Assembly (NCBI GenBank): GCA_003223995.1
Contig: QHYA01000040.1
Coordinates: 1 to 41,655 of the forward strand
Length of the DNA: 41,655 nt
Reading direction: 5' to 3'
DNA from: Acidobacteriota bacterium
Lineage (GTDB): Bacteria > Acidobacteriota > Polarisedimenticolia > QHYA01
This document shows, piece by piece, positions 1 to 9,495 of this stretch (its first letter is position 1; each line of letters opens with the position of its first letter). Below the pieces are notes generated by a model. The model was not told where the DNA came from. It saw only the letters and a program-made list of their open reading frames with translations, and did no database searches. The position numbers were made by a program, and so were the translations under genes.

Positions 1-787
1 GCTCGATCGGAGGGCTTGCGGTATCCGAGGCGGCGGATTCGGAATGCCCGGGAGCGCGGCTCGTGGTGCTCGGCAGAGGCGCCGGTATGGCGGCCGCAGC
101 AACTGGCGCTGGAAAGGTTCGAGAAGGTTTCACTTCCGGAACCGGCAGCCTGTCTTCACGCAGGACGACCGGGGGCGCCCCGCGGGGGTCAGCTGGTGTT
201 GTCGGCGCCCTCCCCGGCTCCCCTATCGGCACATCCATGGTGAATCCGGATGAAGCCGCAGCGGCATCTGCCCTGGGCCTACTGGTCGTCCCCGCAGCGG
301 AAGGGAAAGCGGGTGAAAGCGGGGGGAAAGGCGTCCTCACAGGGATTCTTCCCTCGGGCAAAGGTGAGCCTGTGGGCCTCTCGCGACCGATTGCGCCGGA
401 CGGGGGCGAGGGGGCCGCGGGCGGGCCGGGAGAAGGCATGGACCGAGGAGGAGATGGCTCGCTCGAGAGTGGCACGGGGCGGATCGAGGGTCTCTCGCTT
501 TCGACGGGGATGGACCGGAATGGAGGTTTCGCGGTCGCCAGGGGCGGTGGCTGGGAAGGAATCTCGACCCGCTCGGTCGTGCGGGATACGGCGGCGCCGG
601 GGACCTGGCGAGGGAGCAGGCCAGGAGAAGGCCTCCCGCCCGGGAGGATCCGGTAGGCGCGGCTGAGCACGACAGGAGCCTCCCGGAGGCCAGCTCCGCA
701 TACAGGGCAGCTCAAGGGCTCGGGAAGAACCGGCGCTGGACCTCGCAGCCGTAGTCTCCTGGAGCAACCCGGACAGCGGAGATCCAT
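1..787 (-). CDS. Partial (runs off window start) zinc-ribbon protein with long Pro/Ser/Ala-rich region
   Basis: Not in the ORF track. My translation from ATG at 787 is MDLRCPGCSRRLRLRGPAPVLPEPLSCPVCGAGL... and stays stop-free to position 1. Two CxxC pairs are followed by a Pro-rich tract. It starts 17 nt after the upstream stop at 805. Confidence 0.72.
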   Translation of the reverse strand, partial: MDLRCPGCSRRLRLRGPAPVLPEPLSCPVCGAGLREAPVVLSRAYRILPGGRPSPGLLPRQVPGAAVSRTTERVEIPSQPPPLATAKPPFRSIPVESERPSIRPVPLSSEPSPPRSMPSPGPPAAPSPPSGAIGRERPTGSPLPEGRIPVRTPFPPLSPAFPSAAGTTSRPRADAAAASSGFTMDVPIGEPGRAPTTPADPRGAPPVVLREDRLPVPEVKPSRTFPAPVAAAAIPAPLPSTTSRAPGHSESAASDTASPPIE

Positions 788-804
788 CTCGGCTTGGCTC
801 GTCC

Positions 805-2051
805 TCAGGAGTTTTGCTCGCCGATCTCCGAAACCGCCAGACGGATGGCAAGGCGGAAGCGGCGGGTTCTGCCCCCTGCGCGCACCTCGATGGGGACGAC
901 AACCTCCACGGGCTGACGGCCGTCGAGCCTTGCGACCTCCGTTCCCTCGGCGAAGAGCTCATTCGCTTCGTTGACTTCAGAGACCTCCACCGAAGAGAGC
1001 GCGTGAAGGCCGGAGGAAGCGGCAGGAGGGGGGACCTCCGATGAAGAGCGAGCGGAGGAGCCGGCGGATGCTGCGGCAGGGATCCGGACCGCAGGGGCGC
1101 CGGCGCCCGCCCGCCCGCTCGCCGCCGGAATTCGCTCCGCAGCGGCCGATGAGGCCGGCTTCGCCCTGGCTGGCTGGGATGTCGGGAGGAGCGAAGTATT
1201 GATCTCGAATTTCGGTGGATAGTCCTCCCCGGGCTCGCTCTTGTCCTCGAGAATCTCGATCTCGCGGTCTTCTTCCCCCTGGAGCAGCTCCGCCTCATCG
1301 ATTACTTCCTTGAGCGAGGGGACGCGGCTTGCCGCGACCGGCGAGGAGGGCTCCTCAACCACGGGGAAGAATCAGCGGCGCCTCTGGTGGGTGCAGCGGC
1401 AATCGAAGGGGCGCGAGCGGGCGACTGGGGAGCCTCGGCCGCCTGTGCCGCCGGCCGGCGCACGTCGTACTTGCGCGTCAGATGCAGGAGCACGAGCTTG
1501 GTAACAGCCTTCAGCGTGTCCTGGACGCCGATTCCCGTTGTAGCGATCGATTCATAGAAGGGTGCGTTGTACTTGTTGAGCGTGGCGTTGAGGTCCTCGA
1601 TCGAGGCGAGATTCGGCAGGTCCCTCTTGTTGAATTGGATGACCAGCGGAAGCTCCGACAGCTTGATGCCGTGAGCCCTGACATTCTCGTCGAGATTGCG
1701 GAAGGAGTCGAGGTTCGCTTCCATCATTTGCTTCTGGGAGTCGGCGACGAAGACAACGCCGTCAGCCCCCTTCAGCACGAGGCGGCGGGTCTCGTTGTAG
1801 AAGACCTGGCCCGGAACGGTGTAGAGCTGGATGCGGGTCTTCATGCCGCGGATCTCGCCCAGGTCGATCGGTAGGAAGTCGAAGAACAACGTCCTGTCGG
1901 TCTTCGTGGCCAGCGAGAGCATCTTTCCCTTCACGCTTCCCGGAAGGTTGTCATAGACGTACTGGAGATTCGTCGTCTTGCCGCACAGGCCCGGGCCGTA
2001 ATAGACGACCTTCGCCGTGAGCTCGCGTGTCGAATAGTTGAACATCACCAT
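805..2051 (-). CDS. mglA: MglA-family small Ras-like GTPase with long C-terminal extension, apparently split by a 1-nt frameshift near 1363-1366
   Basis: ORF 1302-2051 has GPGLCGKTT, TDRTLFFDF, TVPGQ and NKRD, the MglA signatures. One more G in the GGGG run at 1363-1366 joins it in frame to ORF 805-1362 (DSSP-VVEEPSS). Confidence 0.85.
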
Positions 2052-2138
2052 GAGCCGCTTCTGCTCCGTTTATGTCGAGGTCACGGAAGAGTTTGACAGG
2101 TCCAAGCTACGGGATGCGCCCCTCCGAAGACACCGGGC

Positions 2139-2167
2139 AATATAGTTGACGCACTCTCGAGATTCAA
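2139..2167 (-). promoter_or_regulatory. Sigma70-type promoter upstream of mglA
   Basis: Minus strand TTGAAT-N17-TATATT, about 90 nt upstream of the ATG at 2051. Confidence 0.7.
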
Positions 2168-2180
2168 GGAAAACTGCCGG

Positions 2181-3062
2181 CTACCGTCGCCCCGTCAGCA
2201 GTGCCAGTATTTCCGTGGCAAACAACACAATCGTCGCCGTGATATAGACCCACAGGAGGGTCGCGATCACGAAGCTGAAAGAGCTCGAAACGACGCTCGG
2301 GCCCGTCGCCGCTCCGAGGGCTGTCGCGAGCAGGAGACGCGCCACCTGCCAGACCCCGGCCGCCAGGGCAGCGACCAGAAGAGCCTCGCGCCGGGGCAGT
2401 CGGGTTGCCGGCACGGAGATGAAGGTGAACGCGAAGGTCAGGAAGGCGGCCAGGAGTATGGCCGCCTCCGTCAGCAGTCGGTAGCCCGTCACGAGCCGGA
2501 GCTGAAGCAAGGAGCCGCCGGAGATGTGACGCGCCACGACACCGAGCTGCTGGATCGCCGGAATCAGGAGCAGGTTCGCGGCACCCACAGCCAGCAGACC
2601 TATTGATTTCAGCTTCGCAATCAGGAACTTCCGGTGTTCCCTGCTCCGGAGGATGTGATTGATGGCCCCCTCGACTGCGGAGGCCGCGTAGCTGGAGGTC
2701 CACAGCAGGAACGGGGACATGATGAGCAGAAGCGCGCCTTGCCTTCCCATCTCGATCCGTGCACGTGCCGTCGCGTCCTCCGGCGCCGCCGGCACGAGCA
2801 TCTCGATGCCGAACACAAGCTCGTGCAGGACCCAGTCCCTCGAGCCCAGCAGCCAGCCCCCGACCAGAGCGGCGATGCCGAAGAAAGGAAGCGATGAGAG
2901 CAAGGCGTAGTAGGAGATCGCCGCGCAGCGGTCGAATCCCTCGTCCGCAAGGAAATTGCGCGCCGCGGTGCCGGCGAGCCTGACGCCTCGGCGAACGGCG
3001 CCTCTGCTCCTCTGGAGGGCCTGGCGGATCGCACGCGCCGCTTTCTTTCTCTGCTTGCTCAA
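2181..3062 (-). CDS. YihY/virulence factor BrkB family membrane protein
   Basis: AAISYYALLSSLP, AVEGAINHI and LLWVYITATIVLFATE motifs, with multiple TM segments. Likely TTG start at 3062 overlapping the der stop (TTGA). Confidence 0.85.
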   Translation of the reverse strand: MSKQRKKAARAIRQALQRSRGAVRRGVRLAGTAARNFLADEGFDRCAAISYYALLSSLPFFGIAALVGGWLLGSRDWVLHELVFGIEMLVPAAPEDATARARIEMGRQGALLLIMSPFLLWTSSYAASAVEGAINHILRSREHRKFLIAKLKSIGLLAVGAANLLLIPAIQQLGVVARHISGGSLLQLRLVTGYRLLTEAAILLAAFLTFAFTFISVPATRLPRREALLVAALAAGVWQVARLLLATALGAATGPSVVSSSFSFVIATLLWVYITATIVLFATEILALLTGRR

Positions 3063-4366
3063 CGGGCGGCATCCCGCCGAACCGATCGGCTGCGGATCCG
3101 GAGGATGAGAGGCGTCGGGCCCAGACCGAAACGCTCGCGCAGGCGGTTCTCGAGGCGGCGGCGCACGGAGAAGTGGATGCGAGAGGCGTCGCGGGTGAAG
3201 ATCAGAAAGGACGGCGGAGAGATCCCGGTCTGCGTCATGTACAGCAGCCTCGGAACGCGTCCGGACCAGCCCTCCTCGCGCAGGAACCGGTTCAATTCGG
3301 GAGTCGTCAGCCTCCTGCGAGAGGAGCGGTCCACCTCGTCGATCAGCGGAAACAGCCGCTCCACGCGCAGGCCCGTCAGGGCGGAGGCGGTGGCCAGAGG
3401 AGCGCACCGGGCGAAGCGGATGCGTGCGACTAGCTCGTCGCGGAGCCTTCGGGTCACCTCGTCCGGACGGGTCACGAGATCCCACTTGTTCGCCACCAGC
3501 ACGAGTGGCCGGTGCGCCCCTGCGACCTGCCCGGCGATCCTCAGGTCCTGCGCCGTGAGAGGCGCCGAGGCGTCGATGAGAAATAGGACCACGTCGGCCC
3601 TCTCGATGCTCCTTCGTGCCGCGGCGAGCGAGAGGACATCGGCCATGTCGGAGGTCTTGCCTCTCCTGCGCAACCCGGCCGTGTCGATGAAACGGTACCG
3701 ATGCCCGTCTCGCTCGAAGAGGGTGTCGACTGCATCGCGCGTCGTGCCGGCAAGCTCACTGACCGCGAGACGATCCTGGCCGAGCAGACGATTCAGGAGA
3801 GAGGATTTCCCCACGTTCGGGCGGCCGAGAACGGCGACGGTCGTCTCCTCCTTCATCTCCAGCCCCGCGTCGTCCGGCAGGGGCCCCAGAAGCTCTTCCA
3901 GCCGCTCCAGCAGATCGCCGATGCCAAGCCCGTGCTCGGCCGAGATCGGCACGGGAACGCCGAATCCGAGGCGATAGTAGTCGGCGGCCGTCGAGGAGTC
4001 CGCGGGTTCGTCGACCTTGTTCACCGCGAGGAGGACTTCTTTGCCTCGCACCCGGAGGTCTCGCGCCAGGTCTTCCTCGAGGGGTGTCAGACCCGATCGG
4101 CCATCCACGAGGAACAGCAGCACACTCGCCTCGCCGATGGCCGCTTCGGTCTGCCTCCGCGCAGAAGCCGAGAAACTGTCGAGGTCGTCAGGAAACAGAC
4201 CTCCGGTGTCGCAGAGGGTGAAGGCACCGGCTCCGAGGCGCACCAGGCCGTAGATCCGGTCGCGCGTGACGCCGGGTCGATTCGTCACGATGGCCCGGCG
4301 AAGGCCGACGAGCCTGTTGAACAGGGTGGACTTGCCGACATTCGGAGCGCCCACCAGTGTTACCAC
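3059..4366 (-). CDS. der: Ribosome biogenesis GTPase Der (EngA)
   Basis: Two tandem GTPase domains (GAPNVGKS/DTGG/NKVD and GRPNVGKS/DTAG/NKWD) plus a C-terminal KH-like region. Confidence 0.97.
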   Translation of the reverse strand: MVTLVGAPNVGKSTLFNRLVGLRRAIVTNRPGVTRDRIYGLVRLGAGAFTLCDTGGLFPDDLDSFSASARRQTEAAIGEASVLLFLVDGRSGLTPLEEDLARDLRVRGKEVLLAVNKVDEPADSSTAADYYRLGFGVPVPISAEHGLGIGDLLERLEELLGPLPDDAGLEMKEETTVAVLGRPNVGKSSLLNRLLGQDRLAVSELAGTTRDAVDTLFERDGHRYRFIDTAGLRRRGKTSDMADVLSLAAARRSIERADVVLFLIDASAPLTAQDLRIAGQVAGAHRPLVLVANKWDLVTRPDEVTRRLRDELVARIRFARCAPLATASALTGLRVERLFPLIDEVDRSSRRRLTTPELNRFLREEGWSGRVPRLLYMTQTGISPPSFLIFTRDASRIHFSVRRRLENRLRERFGLGPTPLILRIRSRSVRRDAAR

Positions 4367-4464
4367 CGGCCCCGTCGTGACGGGTCGCCTTTGGAACTCC
4401 TTTGACGCGTCCCTTTCGCGGCAACTCGCTTGGTGGCGCAGCGCGAAGGCGGACGAACGATAGG

Positions 4465-4734
4465 ATGATCAAGGCGGACATCATCAACAAGGTTTCGGTT
4501 GTCGCCGAGATCACCAAGGTCAAGGCCATCGCGGCCGTCGAAGCTGTCCTCGGAGCGATGAAGGACGCCATTCAGCGAGGCGAAAGGATCGAGTTGCGCG
4601 GGTTCGGAGTCTTTCAGGTCAAGCCGCGGAAGAAGGGGATCGGACGGAACCCTCGCACCGGCCGCGAGGTCCGGATCCCCCCGGGTAAGACGATTCGATT
4701 CAAACCGGGGAAGAACCTGAGGAAGCTCTCCTGA
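4465..4734 (+). CDS. HU/IHF family DNA-binding protein
   Basis: MIKADII...IELRGFGVF...GRNPRTG...FKPGK. ATG at 4465 gives the typical 89-aa length. Confidence 0.95.
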   Translation: MIKADIINKVSVVAEITKVKAIAAVEAVLGAMKDAIQRGERIELRGFGVFQVKPRKKGIGRNPRTGREVRIPPGKTIRFKPGKNLRKLS

Positions 4735-4816
4735 AGCGAGGAACCCTTCGGTCTCATCGGCGTTTCGTGAGCACCCTCGAGCCCGGTTGCTGGTTCGCTT
4801 CCCGCCTGTCCGTTCT

Positions 4817-5341
4817 TCAGTATTCTTCGTAGTCGCCCGCATGGCGGCCGCGGCCTCTTCGGCCGTTCTCGTAACGGTACTCCCTCCCCTGGCGGTCTTC
4901 TCCCCGACCCTCGCGGTCGCCGACTTCCCGAAGGTGCCGATCCAGCCGGTAGAGCGCGCCGCGCCTGGCCTTGAGGTCGATCCTCAGCGTCCGGTACCCC
5001 TCCAGCCGGAACTCCAGCCGGTGGCGGCCTGGAGGGACGGTCAAGTAACGAGGGAAGCCATCGTACTGATCGGCGATTCCGACGTAGTGCCCATCCAGCC
5101 AGACCTCGGCATCCTCGGGATGAATGTCCGTGTCGATCTTGGCCGAGGAGGGGACGGGGTAATAGGGGTAATAGACGGGAGGAGGGTAATAGACGGGAGG
5201 ATAGTAGTAGCCGTACCCCCAAGGCCACGAGAAGAAGACGGAAACATGAGGACGGCCCCAGCCGTGCGCCCAGCCGCTGGACGCAGGAAAGACCATCAAC
5301 AGAAGGCCGAGAGCTAGCGGCAGAAAACGATGGTTTCTCAT
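4817..5341 (-). CDS. Secreted PEGA-domain protein with Tyr/Pro-rich N-terminal region
   Basis: GGAGGA RBS before ATG 5341, a signal-peptide-like N-terminus, and the PEGA-like segment PEDAEVWLDG...VPPGRHRLEFRLEGY. Confidence 0.8.
   Translation of the reverse strand: MRNHRFLPLALGLLLMVFPASSGWAHGWGRPHVSVFFSWPWGYGYYYPPVYYPPPVYYPYYPVPSSAKIDTDIHPEDAEVWLDGHYVGIADQYDGFPRYLTVPPGRHRLEFRLEGYRTLRIDLKARRGALYRLDRHLREVGDREGRGEDRQGREYRYENGRRGRGRHAGDYEEY
5166..5201. repeat. Perfect 18-bp tandem duplication
   Basis: GGGTAATAGACGGGAGGA x2, in frame, encoding the PPVYYP repeats of the PEGA protein. Confidence 0.9.
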
Positions 5342-5376
5342 GACTTCCTCCACATGTGCGGCCACTGAAGCCTAAA

Positions 5377-5392
5377 AGCAACCAGCATGCCA
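5377..5392 (-). promoter_or_regulatory. Sigma54 (-24/-12) promoter upstream of the PEGA gene
   Basis: Minus strand TGGCATGCTGGTTGCT has GG-N10-GC spacing and is close to the TGGCAC-N5-TTGC consensus. It lies 35 nt before the start codon. Confidence 0.65.
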
Positions 5393-5490
5393 TTTCATGG
5401 GCCCTCGAAGCGGGCTGGCAACGCCGCCTCGCCGGTGAGAATTCAACGAGGGCGCCGCGCCCTGTCCCCTCACGTGACCTGGAGACGACA

Positions 5491-6606
5491 GTGCGGGCGT
5501 CCTTTCCCGTGGACGATCGCCGCAACCAGCGCTCGTTGCCAGACTCTCCGGATCTCCGAATGAGGCCTCAGGGCGTCCCGGAGGAGGCTGGGCTATACTC
5601 GCCCGCCCGGAGAAACGATCGAGAGAGAGCCGTGGAGCCCGCCGCTTTCCCTGCCGTCCCGCCGTCGCCCACTGCCCCTCCCGAGCGATCCTTGGCCTTC
5701 TTCCTCCGCTGGGTCCGGAGCCTCGGCTGGAAGCTCAACCTGCTGCTTCTGGCCGCCACACTCGTCACGACGACGCTTGCGGGAGGAGGGTTTCTCCTGG
5801 CCCCCGACGACCCGGTCCGGGGTTCTCTGTCAGGTCCTTGGCTGCTGATCACCGACCCTCTGCGCCTGCTGCACGCCGGCCTCCCCTACAGTCTTTCCGT
5901 CATCGCGATCCTCGGCGCCCACGAGATGGGTCACTATCTGGCCTGCCGCTATTACGGAGTCGCCGCCACGCCCCCCTTCTTCATCCCGTGCCCGATGATG
6001 CTGGGGACGTTCGGCGCCGTGATCCGGATCAAGGAGACCGTTCCTTCCCGGAAGGCCCTGTTCGACATCGGCATCGCCGGGCCGCTCGCCGGCTTCGCCG
6101 TCGCCGTGCCGATCGTCGCGATCGGTGTTTCGACCGCGCACGCCAGCGTTCCGCAGCCGGGAGGATCCGAGCAGGTCTTCGCCGCGCCCCTTCTACTGGA
6201 CCTGCTCGGTGCCTGGCTGGCGCGCCCGCTTCCTCCGGGCACCGGCTGGGAGCTGAACGCATACCTGCTGGCGGCGTGGGTCGGCACGTTCGCGACGGCA
6301 ATCAACCTCTTCCCGAGCGGTCAGCTCGACGGAGGGCACGTCTGCTACGCGATCTCGCGCCGCCTGCACCGCCTCGCCTCGCGCGCGACCCTGGTCGGCC
6401 TCTCCCTCTTGCTGCTGTATTCCATAGGCGCCTACTCTTCGCCTGTCTGGCTCGTGTGGGTGGTCGTCCTCTGGGTCATGGGTCCCCGGCACCCTCCCTT
6501 GCTCGACGAGAGCGAGGGGCTCTCTCCGGTCCGGCTCGTCATCGCGGCGGTCGGGTTGCTGGTCTTCCTTCTTTCGTTCACCCTCGTTCCGATCTACTCG
6601 ACGTAG
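5491..6606 (+). CDS. Site-2 protease (peptidase M50) intramembrane metalloprotease
   Basis: HEMGH, AGPLAG and NLFPSGQLDGGH motifs, with multiple TMs. Start uncertain (GTG 5491, GTG 5509 or ATG 5560). Confidence 0.92.
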   Translation: MRASFPVDDRRNQRSLPDSPDLRMRPQGVPEEAGLYSPARRNDRERAVEPAAFPAVPPSPTAPPERSLAFFLRWVRSLGWKLNLLLLAATLVTTTLAGGGFLLAPDDPVRGSLSGPWLLITDPLRLLHAGLPYSLSVIAILGAHEMGHYLACRYYGVAATPPFFIPCPMMLGTFGAVIRIKETVPSRKALFDIGIAGPLAGFAVAVPIVAIGVSTAHASVPQPGGSEQVFAAPLLLDLLGAWLARPLPPGTGWELNAYLLAAWVGTFATAINLFPSGQLDGGHVCYAISRRLHRLASRATLVGLSLLLLYSIGAYSSPVWLVWVVVLWVMGPRHPPLLDESEGLSPVRLVIAAVGLLVFLLSFTLVPIYST

Positions 6607-6687
6607 CCCCGGCAACGGGGTCGCACAACGGAACGGCTGAACGACTCGACGTGTCCGGTGCGCGGCTGCCACGCCATCGATGCGGAT

Positions 6688-9228
6688 CTACTCGATGCGG
6701 TCCTTGGAGTTCGGTTCTGAAACGCTTCGAGCGGCGCGAATCACCAATGGTCCCGGCCCCGCCACAGCCCACGCCCTCAGGAGCCTGCCGTCGCTGGCGG
6801 CTCTGAGCATTCCGTCCGCGTCGCTTCGGAACACCCGCACTCCCGCGTCCTCGAGCCTCCGGAGGCCCTGCGCTCCGGGATGGCCCCAGGGGTTCGGGTT
6901 CCCGACGGAGATGAACCCCACGCACGGGGCCGACAGTTGAAGGAAGACGGGATCCAGCGAGCGGTCGCTGCCGTGATGGGGCACCTTCAGCAGCTCGCAG
7001 CGAAGCTGTGAGCTGGAGGCGGCCAGCCGGCGCTGCCCGGCTGCGTCCATGTCTCCTGTCAGAAGCCAGCGGCAGCGGCCGTGCTCGAGCCGCAGCACGA
7101 TCGAGCGTGCGTTGGGGTCGGACTGGGCGGCCGCGATGGCATCGGGCAGCAGCACCCTTGCCTTGACGCTGGCGCCGAGATCGAGAAGATCGCCGGCCGA
7201 CAGACCGATCACATCGACGCCTCTGCGTCCCGCCAGCAGCGTGAGGCCGGCGGCCAGAGGCGCCCGCTCCTCGACGGCCAAATACAGCCTCCCCGGCTGG
7301 AATTGCCGGATCACCGTGGCCATCCCGCCAGCGTGATCGGAGTGGGGATGGGTGACGAGAACGGCATCGAGCCGGCGCACGCCGAGGCGCCGCAGGCACG
7401 GTCCGACGATCGAATCGCCCGCATCGAAACGGCCCGGCGTGGCGGCGCCCGCGTCGATGAGCAGGCTCCCCCCCTCCGGTGTGCGCAGCAGCAGGCTGTC
7501 CCCTTGACCGACATCGATCAGGTCGAGACTCAGAAGACCGCGGTTCGGGGCGAGACCACCAGACGCTCGCCACGGTATCCGCCATGGCATGGATGAGGAG
7601 CCGACGCAGCCGGCGACCAGCAGCCATCCCGCAGCAAGGCCCGCTCGGCTCCTGCAACCGGGAGCGACACGCGAGCCCGCCAGCAGCCCGTAGTAGATAG
7701 CGACGGTGGCGGCGGGCGGAGGCGCGACGCGCAGAGTCATCGGCGGCCCTTCGGGGGCGAGACGGCAGATTGCCACGAGCAACCTGAGCAGCAGATCGAC
7801 GAAGGGTACGAGAGGGATCGAGAGAGGCTGCCACAGGGCGCCGAGCAGAGACAGCGCCCCCCCGGCAGCGACGATCGCCGTGCCGATCGGGACCGCCACG
7901 AGATTTGCAGCGATCGAGTACAGGCTGAGCCTGCCGAACCAGCAGGCGAGGATGGGCAGGGTCGCAGCCTGCGCCGCCACGCTCGCCTTGAAAAGCGAGA
8001 CGGCCCACCGTGTCAGGCTCATGGAGGAAACCGCTCCGGACGGGAGGAAGAGCAAGCCGGCAGTGGCGGCGAAGGAGAGCAGGAATCCGGCGTCGTGGAT
8101 CAGGCCCGGGGAGACGGCAAGGAGGATCAGGGCCGTCAGCGCGAGAAGCGAGAGCGGATCCGGGCGGCGCCCGCCGAGGCGCGACAGCAGATAGATCGAT
8201 GTCCCCGCCGCCGCCCGCAGAACCGAAGGCTCGGGGGCCGCTATGAGGCCGTAAAGCCCCGTGGTCGCAAGGGCGCAGGCGAGGCAGAGGCGGGGCCCTC
8301 CCCCCAGCATCCTGACGGCCACGTGGGCGAGGGTCGATGCCAGCACGACCTGGAGCCCGGAGATGGCCACGACGTGGGAAAGGCCGCTGTTGCGGAAGGC
8401 CTCCACGATCTCCTCGGGCACATCGAAAACCCCGCCGAGCAGGAATGCCTCCAGCAGACGCCCTCTCCCCTGTCTGTCTTTCCCCTCCCAGCCAGCCCGC
8501 AACGGCAGCACGAGGCGGCGCCGGATGGACGCGATGAGCCGCCAGCAGACGCACCCATCGGCATCGCCGAGATCCGTCACGAGCATCGCGCTGCGGAGCT
8601 GGACTCGGCCCCTTCTTCCGCTCCAGAGCAGCCTTTGCGCCCTGGGCACGATGCCGGGGTTGCCCGGTCCGGAGGAGCATCGCAGCGTCCCGAGGAGCTG
8701 CAACCTGCGCCCCGCCAGAGGCCAGAGGGCCGCTTTCTCGGTGCGGAGGACATCGACCTCGTAACGGCCTTCGATGGACCGGTCGCACCCGGCGATCTCC
8801 ACACGATCCGCTTCCAGATCGAACCGGTACCCGCTCGAAGTGGCCGCCGGATCCGAACGGCACCAGCCGGTCAGACGCACAGTTCGCCCGTCCAGGGGAT
8901 CCGGCTTCTCCGAGCCGGAGCGATCGACCCGGAAAAGGGCCTCCGTGGATCCACCGGCCGCCAGCCTTTGCGCCGCTGCCCCGCAGAGGAAAGCGGCGAG
9001 GGCACATGCGGCCAGGGAGAAGCTCTTCCCCTTTCCGGACGAGAGAGAGGCGACGGCCAGCAGGAGAAGCAGCGCAGCGAGGCTGGCGAGAAGGGGCTTT
9101 CCCGGGAGCCGGTAGTTCTCCGCGACGACCAGGCCGAGCAGCAATGGAGGCAGGAGGGCGATCGGGGGAGCCAGGAGCCTCCGTTCTCTGGCCGAAGGAG
9201 CGGAGGCGGATGTGTGGGGCGCTCGCAT
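6688..9228 (-). CDS. comEC: DNA uptake protein ComEC/Rec2 (competence domain + metallo-beta-lactamase domain)
   Basis: SGLSHVVAISGLQV, SVLRA and GFLLSFAAT in the competence domain. DVGQGD, THPHSDH, LTGD and KVPHHGS in the MBL domain. Confidence 0.93.
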   Translation of the reverse strand: MRAPHTSASAPSARERRLLAPPIALLPPLLLGLVVAENYRLPGKPLLASLAALLLLLAVASLSSGKGKSFSLAACALAAFLCGAAAQRLAAGGSTEALFRVDRSGSEKPDPLDGRTVRLTGWCRSDPAATSSGYRFDLEADRVEIAGCDRSIEGRYEVDVLRTEKAALWPLAGRRLQLLGTLRCSSGPGNPGIVPRAQRLLWSGRRGRVQLRSAMLVTDLGDADGCVCWRLIASIRRRLVLPLRAGWEGKDRQGRGRLLEAFLLGGVFDVPEEIVEAFRNSGLSHVVAISGLQVVLASTLAHVAVRMLGGGPRLCLACALATTGLYGLIAAPEPSVLRAAAGTSIYLLSRLGGRRPDPLSLLALTALILLAVSPGLIHDAGFLLSFAATAGLLFLPSGAVSSMSLTRWAVSLFKASVAAQAATLPILACWFGRLSLYSIAANLVAVPIGTAIVAAGGALSLLGALWQPLSIPLVPFVDLLLRLLVAICRLAPEGPPMTLRVAPPPAATVAIYYGLLAGSRVAPGCRSRAGLAAGWLLVAGCVGSSSMPWRIPWRASGGLAPNRGLLSLDLIDVGQGDSLLLRTPEGGSLLIDAGAATPGRFDAGDSIVGPCLRRLGVRRLDAVLVTHPHSDHAGGMATVIRQFQPGRLYLAVEERAPLAAGLTLLAGRRGVDVIGLSAGDLLDLGASVKARVLLPDAIAAAQSDPNARSIVLRLEHGRCRWLLTGDMDAAGQRRLAASSSQLRCELLKVPHHGSDRSLDPVFLQLSAPCVGFISVGNPNPWGHPGAQGLRRLEDAGVRVFRSDADGMLRAASDGRLLRAWAVAGPGPLVIRAARSVSEPNSKDRIE

Positions 9229-9293
9229 GCCGAAGAGAGAGTGTCTCCGGGCACGAGCCGTTCAGAGCCACGCGGTCGTCCGGCGAGTTGCTG

Positions 9294-9327
9294 CCGGGAG
9301 AAGTGGAGTCAGCAGGTCTTCTCCCGG
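9294..9327. repeat. 10-bp inverted repeat between the TA remnant and comEC
   Basis: CCGGGAGAAG-N14-CTTCTCCCGG. Function unclear, and no U-tract follows. Confidence 0.55.
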
Positions 9328-9402
9328 TGGAGAAGCCTTAGCGCCTCAGCGCTACTCGTGCCTCAGTCTTGAGCCCAGAGGGCGCGAACGCTCGGCCGGA
9401 CC

Positions 9403-9495
9403 TCAGACCTCGAGAATCGCCAAGGCCTTGTCACGCCCCTCCTCCTCGTCAACGAACCACTTGACGACCACCGACGCGTCGAGAACGTGAATCAA
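9403..9495 (-). pseudogene. vapC: Truncated VapC/PIN toxin (30 aa)
   Basis: TTG start overlapping the antitoxin stop, with a GAGGA RBS. MIHVLDASVVVKWFVDEEEG is a typical PIN N-terminus, followed by a premature TGA. Confidence 0.82.

Noticed and set aside
63-656. Gly-rich plus-strand ORF
   Set aside because: It is the antisense shadow of the Pro-rich minus-strand gene starting at 787.
8340-8390. ComEC ISGLQV instead of ISGLHV
   Set aside because: Gln variants at this position occur in other ComEC proteins as far as I know, so this is not evidence of inactivation.
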